Below, piece after piece: positions 56,043 through 64,000 of a DNA stretch of 64,000 nt. Below the pieces are notes generated by a model. It saw nothing but the letters and a program-made list of their open reading frames with translations. It was not told the origin of the DNA and ran no database searches. The first letter of the stretch is position 1; each line of letters opens with the position of its first letter. The stretch lies in contig JAZJZK010000015.1 of assembly GCA_040389905.1 (NCBI GenBank), positions 1-64,000 of the forward strand. Direction: 5' to 3'. This DNA is from Gemmatimonadota bacterium. Lineage in GTDB: Bacteria; Gemmatimonadota; Gemmatimonadetes; Gemmatimonadales; Gemmatimonadaceae. Both the position numbers and the translations under genes were made by a program.

Positions 56043-57014
56043 ATGACCGCCCCTATCAGCCTCAGCGATGTTCAGGATGCACGCGCGCGCCTCGCGCCCT
56101 ACCTCGTTCCCACGCCGCTCCGGCACTATCCCACCCTCGATGCGCTGATCCCTGGCGTGACCCTCTTGGTCAAGCACGAGAACGTGCAGCCGACGGGTTC
56201 GTTCAAGGTGAGAAATGGATTGGCGACCATTACGGCACTCGACGCAGGCGAACGCGCGCGCGGTGTCGTCGGCGCGACAACGGGCAATCACGGTCTCGGA
56301 CTCGCCTTCGCCGGTCGCCAACTCGGAGTGCCGGTCACAATCTGCGTCCCGAGTGGCAACAACCCGGAAAAGAACGCCGCACTCCGTGCGTGGGGCGCGT
56401 CGGTGATCGAACAGGGTGCGGACTACGATGAAGCGGTCGCGGTCTCGCAGCAGTTGGTGGAGGAGCGGGGGTTCACGCTGTGTCACTCCACGAACAACGT
56501 CAACGTGCTCGCCGGCGCCGGCACGATGACGCTCGAGATACTCGAGCAGACGCACGACCTCGACGTGCTGCTCATCGCCATTGGCGGCGGCTCGCAGGCC
56601 GTTGGGGCGATGACGGTCGCGCGCGAGTTGCATCCTCGGCTGCGCGTCATCGGCATTCAGGCGGCGGGCGCGTCGACGACGCATGACGGTTGGCACGCAA
56701 AAGAGGCGCGCCAGGGTTCCCGCGCGGACACTTTTGCCGAGGGTGTCGCGACGCGGTCGACGTACGAGCTCACATTTCCTGCGCTGGTCGACAGCCTCGC
56801 GGATTTCGTGACGGTCACCGACGCGGAGATTGCCGAGGCCGTTCGGCTGATCATTCCGGCAACGCATCATCTCGTCGAAGGCGCCGGTGCAATGGGTGTT
56901 GCCGCAGCGCTCAAGCTGCGCGAGCAACTGCAAGGTCAGCGCGTCGGCGTGGTGTTCTGTGGAGGGAACATGGATAGCGCTGTGTTGAGGCGAATACTCA
57001 ATCGGGAGATGTAG
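56043..57014 (+). CDS. PLP-dependent threonine/serine dehydratase family protein
   Basis: KHENVQPTGSFKVRNG, TTGNHG, IGGGS and CGGN; catalytic domain only. Confidence 0.85.
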   Translation: MTAPISLSDVQDARARLAPYLVPTPLRHYPTLDALIPGVTLLVKHENVQPTGSFKVRNGLATITALDAGERARGVVGATTGNHGLGLAFAGRQLGVPVTICVPSGNNPEKNAALRAWGASVIEQGADYDEAVAVSQQLVEERGFTLCHSTNNVNVLAGAGTMTLEILEQTHDLDVLLIAIGGGSQAVGAMTVARELHPRLRVIGIQAAGASTTHDGWHAKEARQGSRADTFAEGVATRSTYELTFPALVDSLADFVTVTDAEIAEAVRLIIPATHHLVEGAGAMGVAAALKLREQLQGQRVGVVFCGGNMDSAVLRRILNREM

Positions 57015-57029
57015 GAAAGGGGACAGGAA

Positions 57030-58310
57030 TCAGCTCACCTTCCTCGTCTTCCGCTTCAGGAAGTCCATCAGGATGAACTGACCCAAGGTCATCGTCGTCG
57101 TGAAGTACGCCTTGCCGCGGCTGATCTCGCTCATCCGCTTCACGAACTCCACCAGCGCACGGTCGCGCGCGAGCATGAACGTGTTGATCACGATCCCGGA
57201 CTTCCGGCACGACGCCACTTCCTGAAGCGTCTTCTCGATCACCGTGATGTCGAGGCCGTACGCGTTCTTGTAGATCTGCCCATCCGGCATCGTCAATGCG
57301 CTCGGCTTGCCGTCCGTGATCATGATGATCTGGCGCATGTCCTTCTTCTGCGCCATCAACAGTCGCCGCGCGAGTTTCAGTCCCTCCGCCGTGTTGGTGT
57401 GGTACGGCCCAACCTGCGCACTCGCGAGCGTCGCGAGGGGAATCTCCTCCGCGGAGTCGTGAAACAGCACGACCTTGATGGAGTCGCCGGGAAATTGCGT
57501 GCGAATGAGGTGCGTGAGCGCGAGCGCCACCTTCTTCGCCGGTGTGAAGCGGTCTTCGCCGTACAGGATCATCGAGTGCGAGCAATCGAGCATCAGCACG
57601 GTCGCGCAGCTCGACCGATACTCCGCCTGGCGCACCATCAAGTCGCTGTAGTCGAGGTCCATCGGAACTTCGATCTTCCCCGTGCGAATCAGCGAGTTCT
57701 TCAGCGTCTCGTTGACGTCGATATTCAGAACGTCACCGAATTCATATTGCTTGCTCCAGCCGTCCGCCTCGATGCCCGTCGCCAGGTACGGTGTGTCGTG
57801 GCTCCCGAAACTCGACTTGCCGAGTGAGCCGAGGAGTCCGCGAAGGGTCTTGTAGCCGAGGAAGTCGATACCCTTTTCGGTGAGGTTGAAGTTCACGTCG
57901 CGCGCGGCAGCGTGTGCCATCGAACCCTTCCCTTCGACCGCCTGGTGGCCGGCGGGCATCTTCGGCGGGGTCTCGAGGTTGAGATACCCTTCCTTGACCA
58001 GACGCTGGACGAGGTCGTCGAGCAGCTTGGCGAGCTTCGCCTGCGCCTCTTCGTCGCCGCCGCCACGCAGGGCTTCGAGCATCTCGGGAGTGAACTGTCC
58101 ACTCTCCAGGAGCGCGTCGAGAATCGCTTGCCGAAGTGCTTCGAGGGAGCGATCACCGGGCTCGTCGAAGCCCATGCCGTAGTATGGCTGGCCCTCACCG
58201 CCCGCGAATCCCGATTGCAGCAGGAAGTCGGCGAGCTTGTCGAGTAGCGCCTGAAGATCGACCGCGTCGGCCATCTCCGGCGAAAATTTGCTGTATGTAT
58301 GGAACCGCAT
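57030..58310 (-). CDS. VWA domain-containing protein
   Basis: MIDAS motif DCSHSM, TNTAEG and ITDGKPS. Confidence 0.85.
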   Translation of the reverse strand: MRFHTYSKFSPEMADAVDLQALLDKLADFLLQSGFAGGEGQPYYGMGFDEPGDRSLEALRQAILDALLESGQFTPEMLEALRGGGDEEAQAKLAKLLDDLVQRLVKEGYLNLETPPKMPAGHQAVEGKGSMAHAAARDVNFNLTEKGIDFLGYKTLRGLLGSLGKSSFGSHDTPYLATGIEADGWSKQYEFGDVLNIDVNETLKNSLIRTGKIEVPMDLDYSDLMVRQAEYRSSCATVLMLDCSHSMILYGEDRFTPAKKVALALTHLIRTQFPGDSIKVVLFHDSAEEIPLATLASAQVGPYHTNTAEGLKLARRLLMAQKKDMRQIIMITDGKPSALTMPDGQIYKNAYGLDITVIEKTLQEVASCRKSGIVINTFMLARDRALVEFVKRMSEISRGKAYFTTTMTLGQFILMDFLKRKTRKVS

Positions 58311-58344
58311 AAGTGCAGATCCCTCGACTTCGCTCGGGGTGACA
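58311..58344 (+). repeat. REP-like element, family A
   Basis: AAGTGCAGATCCCTCGACTTCGCTCGGGGTGACA, abutting the VWA start codon. Confidence 0.75.
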
Positions 58345-58430
58345 ACCATCGGTGATGCGCCCCAATCCCACTTTCAATATTGCCCCGGGGACTCCCGCGA
58401 GCAAAGGCTCTCCGGGCCTATATTTCACTT

Positions 58431-59657
58431 GTGCCTTCGGCGACGTCGATCAATCCGTTTCGCGTCCTGCTCCGCCATCGGAACTTCCGCCTGTTTCTGA
58501 TCGGGCAGACGTTGTCGCTCATCGGCACCTGGATGCAGACGATGGCGCTCGGCTGGCTGACGCTGGAGTTGACGAACAGTGCGTTCCTCGTCGGACTGGT
58601 CGCCACGGCGTCGTCCATTCCGATCCTGATCTTCACGCTGCCCGCCGGCGCCCTGGTCGACCGCTCGGACAAGCTGAAGCTGGTGCGCGGCGCGCAGATG
58701 GCATTTCTGGTTGACGCGATGCTGCTGTGGTGGCTGGCGTATTCCGGTCACGCCACGGTCGAATGGCTCCTGTTGCTGGCATTCATCAGCGGGTTGATCT
58801 CGTCGGTCGAGATTCCCGCCCGCCAGTCCATGTTCATCGACCTCGTGGGTCGAGAGGACCTGCCGGAAGCGATCGCATTGAACTCGAGTGGATTCAATCT
58901 CGCCCGCGTCGTCGGCCCGGGGCTCGCGGCGGCGACGATTTCCAGTCTCGGCATCGCGTGGTGCTTCTTCCTGAACGCTGCCAGCTTCGTCACGGTGCTG
59001 ATTGGGTTGTTCATGATCCATCTGCCAAAATGGGTGCCGCGCACGCATACGATCAGCCCGTGGGAGGGCGTGCTGCAGGCGCTCCGTTACATGCGCGACA
59101 CGCCGAGAGTGCGCGCGTTGATGACGATGGTGACGGTTTATTCGATCCTCGGCATTCCGGTTATGGCGCTGATGCCGGTGGTCGCGCGAGAGATGTTCGG
59201 ACTCGGCTCGTCAGGCTACGGCCTTCTCCTCTCGTGCCTCGGGATTGGTGGACTTAGCGGCGCACTCGCGTTGGCAGGAGTGGGCTACCGGTTCTCGCGG
59301 ATCAAGTTGTTGCGCGTGGCGTCGATGGCGTGGCCGGTGCTGCTCATCACGTTCTCGCTGAACCGTGTGCCCTGGATTGCGTACGTGCTCCTATTGGCGA
59401 TCGGGTGCACGATGATCCTGAATGGAGCGATCACCAACGGACTGCTCCAGTCGATCGTGCCCGATGCGCTTCGTGGACGAATGATGGCCGCGTATGGGTT
59501 GGTCGTCGTCGGGCTCGCCCAGGTTGTGGGCGCATTCGTTGGTGGCGTCGTCGCGCATGCCATCGGCGTCGCGCAGTCGATCGGTGGGGGAGGGGCGCTG
59601 ATGTTGTTGTTCGGCCTGTGGACGTTCTTCAAGAGGCCGGAGTTGCGAGCGCTCTGA
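58431..59657 (+). CDS. MFS transporter (MFS_3/DUF894 type)
   Basis: RNFRLF..GQ..SLIGTWMQ, GALVDR, PARQS, ALNS..FNLARVVGP and RGRMM motifs. Confidence 0.9.
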   Translation: MPSATSINPFRVLLRHRNFRLFLIGQTLSLIGTWMQTMALGWLTLELTNSAFLVGLVATASSIPILIFTLPAGALVDRSDKLKLVRGAQMAFLVDAMLLWWLAYSGHATVEWLLLLAFISGLISSVEIPARQSMFIDLVGREDLPEAIALNSSGFNLARVVGPGLAAATISSLGIAWCFFLNAASFVTVLIGLFMIHLPKWVPRTHTISPWEGVLQALRYMRDTPRVRALMTMVTVYSILGIPVMALMPVVAREMFGLGSSGYGLLLSCLGIGGLSGALALAGVGYRFSRIKLLRVASMAWPVLLITFSLNRVPWIAYVLLLAIGCTMILNGAITNGLLQSIVPDALRGRMMAAYGLVVVGLAQVVGAFVGGVVAHAIGVAQSIGGGGALMLLFGLWTFFKRPELRAL

Positions 59658-59690
59658 GTTGCACGATCGGCCACGGGCGGAACCGCAACC

Positions 59691-59797
59691 AACAATGAAG
59701 CAGATTCTGCGGACTGATCGGATAGCTGCTGATAAAGCAGCTTCAACTTCTGGCAATCAGCCCAATCCGACCAATCCGTACAATCTGCTTCATTGTT
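59691..59797. repeat. REPIN-like inverted repeat pair, family B
   Basis: AACAATGAAGCAGATT (59691-59706) is perfectly inverted at 59782-59797, with CGGAT/ATCCG units inside. Confidence 0.7.
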
Positions 59798-59883
59798 CCT
59801 TGAAAGGGCGATCCTCCCAAGACGATGCGCAACCGCTATCCGCCATCCGTAAAGTGGATAGCGGACAGCGGACAGCAGACAGA

Positions 59884-62400
59884 CTACGGTGTGACCGTCC
59901 CCTGCGCGGTGGCGGAATTGTACGTCGCACCTTCGATGAACGGCGTGTTGACAATGCCGCCCGATCCCGACCAGCCGGTTGCCGTCATCGTCCATGTCAC
60001 AGCGGCGCCTGCCTTCAGGCCCCAATTGTTGTCAAAGCCTGAGACGCCGGACAGATCCGGAATATCGAGAACGATCGGATCGCCGTAACCCGCCGTCCGT
60101 TGCACCGACGACTTCCGTGCGTTGGTGCCCGTCTGCTGGTAGTCGGCGACGAAATACTTGTTGTACTGCGTCTGCGCCGTGAATGTGCTGCGCAGTCGAG
60201 CGTAGGGAGCGGAGCCGAGTACGCTCACGACGGGTGTCGTGAGTGCGGGTCCGAGCGCAATGGTCTTGTCGGTCGCATCCTTGAAGACCAGTCCTGCTGT
60301 GCGCGTGTTGCTCAGGACGCCGGACAGCTGCACACCAGAGACGATCAGGAAGTGCAGGTCGGTCGATATTTGATTGGCCGCCGGAATACCATAGTACGTC
60401 CGCGCGCCCGACTGCGTGCCCGGATCGACGGTGTACGCCGCAACCGACCCGTTCGCCGTCAGGTAGGTGCCGATGACCGTGGAGATATCGCCGCCGAGAT
60501 TCGTGATCGTGAGGTTCTTGCTGACCGGGGCAAAGCTCTCGGCGCCATTGAAGTCGATGGTCGGGAGCGCAGTGCCGGCTGCCGGGCTGAGTCCACGGCG
60601 GATGATGAGCTTATTGAGCGTGTAGCTTACGCCCGAACCGCCGAACGAGAGGGCGGAGCGGCTTGCGATGAGGTCCACATTGCCGGACGCGACACCATTG
60701 AACGTGACCGTCGATCCAGAGAGTGCTCCGGTCGACCTTCCGAGCGTCTCGAGGAGCAAGTCCGTCCCGCCGTTTCCAGCGACCGGTGCGGTGATCGTCT
60801 TGCCCGCGCCGGACGCACCGCTGCACAGGTCTGTGCCTCGTGCGACAAGTTCGGCGGTCGTCCCATAGAAGACTTCAAGGTCAAAGCCGCCGCCGCTCAT
60901 CGCCACGACGTAGGCAATTCCGCCCTTTCCAGAGCTGATCTGTGCAGAGTAGCTGTCGAAGCTCCCGGTCAGGCGCGTCCACGCGGCACTTCCATCCTGC
61001 GCCGCAACCCACAGCGGAAGTCCCGACGTGCCGCAGAACGTCCAGACGACATTGCCGCCCGAGGGAGCCGCAGTCAGCGTAACAGCTACTGTCGACGTCT
61101 GGTCGGTGGCACCAGTTCCCGTGCCGCGAACCGTGACCGTCGTCGTGCCCGCCGACACACTGGCCGATGCAGTCAACGTCAGTGTCGCCGTCGTTGAGCC
61201 TGCGGCGATGCTCGTCGGCGCGAAGGTCGCAGTCACGCCAGTCGGCAGACCAGTCGCCGTCAGTGCGACGACACCGGTGAAGCTACCAGTCCGCGCGATC
61301 GTGACGTTCACCGTTCCGGACCCGCCTGCGCCAATCGTCGTCGTTGTCGGGCTGAGCGCGAGCGTGAAGCCGCCCGCTGCTGCCTGAACGGTGAGTGCCG
61401 TCGTTGCAGTCGCTGCGGTGACGCCGGTGCCTGTCGCGCGGAAGGTAATCGTGTTCGTGGCCGCAGCAGCGCTGGCAGCGGCGGAAATGGTCATCGTCGC
61501 AGACGTCTGCCCGGTGGCAATCGTTGCATTCGCCGCGGTCACTCCTGTGGGAAGGCCCTCGGCCGCCACGGTTACCTCACCCGTGAAGCCACCAGATCTG
61601 GTGAGCGTCAGCGTCACGGTACCGGTGGCGCCCGCGGTGACGTTCAATGCCGCCGGGCTCGCGGCAAGCGTGATGGACGGCGTCGCGGCTGCTGTTACCG
61701 TCAGCGCCGTAGTCGCTGTCGCCGCGGTAACGCCAGTGCCCGTCGCACGGAAGGTGATGGTGTTGGTCGCCGCGGCTGCGGTCGCTGCCACGACGACGTT
61801 CAACGTCGCCGAGGTCTGGCCGGTTGCAATCGTGGAGTTCGCCACGGTCACGCCAGTGGGTAGGCCTTCTGCCGCGACAGTCACATCGCCGGTGAAGCCG
61901 CCCGACCTCGTCAGCGTCAGCGTCACATTCCCCGTCCCGCCCTGAATTACGCTCAAGGTCGCCGGGCTTGCCGCCAAGGTGATCGCCGGTGTTGCCGCGG
62001 CGCGAACCGTGAGCCCGAGCGCGGCAGATGAGGTAACACCCGTGCCGGTTGCCCGAAGGGTCACGGTGCCCGTCGTGGCGAGCGCCGTCGCGACGGAGAC
62101 GACGTTCATCGTCGCGCTCGTTTGACCCTCAGCGATCGTCACTCCAGCCGCCGTCACGCCCGTTGTGAGACCCTCGGCGGCCACCGTGACTGCGCCGGTG
62201 AAGCCGCCCGATCTCGTGAGGCTGATCGTGACCGCGCTCGACGCTCCCTGCACGATATCAACGCTCGTCGGGGATACCGATATCGCGATCGCTGGGGTGA
62301 GGCCTGGCGTCACGTTTCCATCTCCGCCCCCGCCGCAACTGGCGAGCAAGAAAGAACAGAGCGTGCTGACGGTACGCCAACCAATTCGCCGAGATGACAT
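59884..62400 (-). CDS. Surface lipoprotein with four tandem ~100 aa Ig-like Thr/Ala/Gly-rich repeats
   Basis: Lipobox LLASC; repeats TRSGGFTG.VTVAAEGLPTGVT..TI..GQTSAT..RATGTGVT; distinct C-terminal beta domain. Confidence 0.8.
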   Translation of the reverse strand: MSSRRIGWRTVSTLCSFLLASCGGGGDGNVTPGLTPAIAISVSPTSVDIVQGASSAVTISLTRSGGFTGAVTVAAEGLTTGVTAAGVTIAEGQTSATMNVVSVATALATTGTVTLRATGTGVTSSAALGLTVRAAATPAITLAASPATLSVIQGGTGNVTLTLTRSGGFTGDVTVAAEGLPTGVTVANSTIATGQTSATLNVVVAATAAAATNTITFRATGTGVTAATATTALTVTAAATPSITLAASPAALNVTAGATGTVTLTLTRSGGFTGEVTVAAEGLPTGVTAANATIATGQTSATMTISAAASAAAATNTITFRATGTGVTAATATTALTVQAAAGGFTLALSPTTTTIGAGGSGTVNVTIARTGSFTGVVALTATGLPTGVTATFAPTSIAAGSTTATLTLTASASVSAGTTTVTVRGTGTGATDQTSTVAVTLTAAPSGGNVVWTFCGTSGLPLWVAAQDGSAAWTRLTGSFDSYSAQISSGKGGIAYVVAMSGGGFDLEVFYGTTAELVARGTDLCSGASGAGKTITAPVAGNGGTDLLLETLGRSTGALSGSTVTFNGVASGNVDLIASRSALSFGGSGVSYTLNKLIIRRGLSPAAGTALPTIDFNGAESFAPVSKNLTITNLGGDISTVIGTYLTANGSVAAYTVDPGTQSGARTYYGIPAANQISTDLHFLIVSGVQLSGVLSNTRTAGLVFKDATDKTIALGPALTTPVVSVLGSAPYARLRSTFTAQTQYNKYFVADYQQTGTNARKSSVQRTAGYGDPIVLDIPDLSGVSGFDNNWGLKAGAAVTWTMTATGWSGSGGIVNTPFIEGATYNSATAQGTVTP

Positions 62401-62579
62401 GTACGACTCCCTCTGCGCTATGAGTGTGTGTGCCGCCTCGAAGCGAGGTCGGCAGTGGCGAACGGAGTTTTCCGTCGCCAAGGAACGCGGGAGCGGCGTT
62501 GTTCCGTCGCGTTCTGAGCGCTACCGTAGTAGCGAGCCGTTCAACGCGGCGTGATCTGGCCGTGACCTGAGAGATTTCC

Positions 62580-64000
62580 TTGCCGATTCGCTTCAGAACG
62601 CTCGGACAAATCGATCTTCACTCGGCCGACGGACGCGAGCTCGACGGCTTGCTCGCCCAGCCGAAGCGCGTGGCCGTTCTCGCGTATCTGGCGGCCAACT
62701 CGCCGCGCCTTTCTCGGCGAGACACCCTCCTGGCGATGTTCTGGCCGGAGTCCGACGCTGAGCATGCCCGTTCGTCGCTCCGAAAGGCGCTGCATTTTAT
62801 CCGTCAGGAAGTTGGCGACGTGATCGTCACCCGCGGCACCGACGAAGTCGGTCTGCGGACTGAGGACGTCGAGGTGGACATCTGGGAGCTCGACGCCCAC
62901 ATCGCCGAAGGCAGGAACGGCGAAGCGATGCAGCTCTACGCGGGTGATTTTCTGCCCGGCTTTTTCATTCGAGGCGCACCGGAGTTCGAGCGCTGGCTCG
63001 AAGTCGAACGGGAGAAGCTGCGTGCGCGGGCCGCGGGAGCGATCTGGTTGCACGCGGAAGAGCGGGTGTCCGCCGGCGACCTCGATGGCACTCGGGCGGC
63101 AGCGCTTCGCGCACTCGAAGTCTCGCCGCATGATGAGGTTGCGTTGCGCCGGGTGATCTCGATGCTCGCACAGCATGGCGATCGCGCGGGTGCGATTTCC
63201 GTCTACCAGGCGTTTGCGGCGCGGGTGGAGGCAGATCTGCAAGTCACCCCCGCACCCGAGACACGAGCGCTTGCCGAGTCGATCTCCACGACCAACACGA
63301 TCACGAGCGTCGCGCCGATCGAGCCACGCATGCCGGCTCCGTCACTTGTTGCGCACACGGATCGACCCTCGGAGCGCCCAAAGTGGCGCGGCGTATTCGT
63401 CGCCCTGGCCGCCGGCATTGCGGTCGTTGTCAGCGCCCTGGCCTACTACGTCAACACCACCTCCGCCGCGCCAGACCTGAACGAGGGCCGACTCGCCGTT
63501 TTCCCCTTCCTGGTGCGAGGTTCGAGCGACACCCGATACCTACAGGACGGACTGCCAATCTTGCTGGGTACACGATTGGACGGGGCGGGATCGCTTCGCA
63601 GCATCGACTCACGCGTCACCTTCCTGGACGTTCGACGCGAACGGTCGGGCGACAGCATCACACCCGCTCGCGCGAGCGAGACGGCCGCTCGCCTCGGCGC
63701 TCGTTACTTCGTGCTCGGCACCGTGGTCGGCTCGCCCAGCGCGCTGCATCTCGACGTCGAATTGTACGATCGCAGGCAGGGCGGTGCGCGCGTTGCGCGG
63801 TCGGAAGCGAGTGGTTCGGAGGCCGACCTCATGCGCCTCGTGGATCGTGTCGCGACAGATCTCGTGGCTGGGACCTTCCGCGACAACCGGAGCGCAACAT
63901 CCCAGACGGCGGCACTAACCTCGACATCACTCGCCGCGCTCAAGGCGTGGCTCCGCGGCGAGTCAGCACTCGCCTCCGGCCGATATCTCCCGGCGATCGA
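62580..64000 (+). CDS. SARP/BTAD-family transcriptional regulator with a TM segment and TolB-like region (3' partial; absent from the ORF track)
   Basis: Read directly from TTG 62580: IRFRTLG..LLAQPKRVAVLAYLA..RRDTLLAMFWPESD..ARSSLRKAL, LYAGDFLPG, FERWLE, GDRAGA; runs off the window end. Confidence 0.8.
   Translation, partial: MPIRFRTLGQIDLHSADGRELDGLLAQPKRVAVLAYLAANSPRLSRRDTLLAMFWPESDAEHARSSLRKALHFIRQEVGDVIVTRGTDEVGLRTEDVEVDIWELDAHIAEGRNGEAMQLYAGDFLPGFFIRGAPEFERWLEVEREKLRARAAGAIWLHAEERVSAGDLDGTRAAALRALEVSPHDEVALRRVISMLAQHGDRAGAISVYQAFAARVEADLQVTPAPETRALAESISTTNTITSVAPIEPRMPAPSLVAHTDRPSERPKWRGVFVALAAGIAVVVSALAYYVNTTSAAPDLNEGRLAVFPFLVRGSSDTRYLQDGLPILLGTRLDGAGSLRSIDSRVTFLDVRRERSGDSITPARASETAARLGARYFVLGTVVGSPSALHLDVELYDRRQGGARVARSEASGSEADLMRLVDRVATDLVAGTFRDNRSATSQTAALTSTSLAALKAWLRGESALASGRYLPAI

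Noticed and set aside
1..64000. CRISPR array, tRNA or rRNA genes
   Set aside because: No regularly spaced direct repeats with unique spacers and no recognisable tRNA or rRNA sequence; the repeats found are dispersed palindromes. This was a visual scan only.

Overview
GC-rich bacterial window. The gene families (BTAD regulator, orphan duplicated permease, TPR-TlpA proteins, REP/attC styles) suggest Gemmatimonadota; this is an inference. Left to right: (1) an IS21-like end followed by a three-gene RelE/HigB toxin - HTH antitoxin - SecB-like chaperone (TAC) module with a palindromic promoter operator; (2) an APC permease and CPBP protease; (3) a TPR-TlpA / DsbD / TPR-TlpA / PHP operon; (4) a reductive pyrimidine catabolism operon whose PreA lacks the Fe-S tail and has no PreT partner in the window; (5) the best candidate for an undescribed system, a ~12.5 kb NRPS/PKS-independent biosynthetic cluster (KAS III-like enzyme, thioester reductase, carrier protein, SerRS-like amino acid:carrier protein ligase, two ferritin-like diiron proteins, DUF3419/BtaA-like SAM enzyme, GNAT, MMPL exporter, LAL-type regulator); (6) TauE, gltA and a YtrA-ABC operon; (7) tandem secreted beta-propeller paralogs and an unusual XRE-HTH / Ser-Thr kinase / duplicated MacB-FtsX permease fusion; (8) a decayed integron (attC sites, IntI fragment, group II intron 5' fragment, internally deleted IS110, broken DUF433/DUF5615 TA pair); (9) housekeeping genes, an Ig-like repeat lipoprotein and a BTAD regulator cut by the window end. 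Several dispersed REP/REPIN-like repeat families occur. No rRNA, tRNA or CRISPR array was recognised. All assignments come from motif recognition by eye; no database searches were run.
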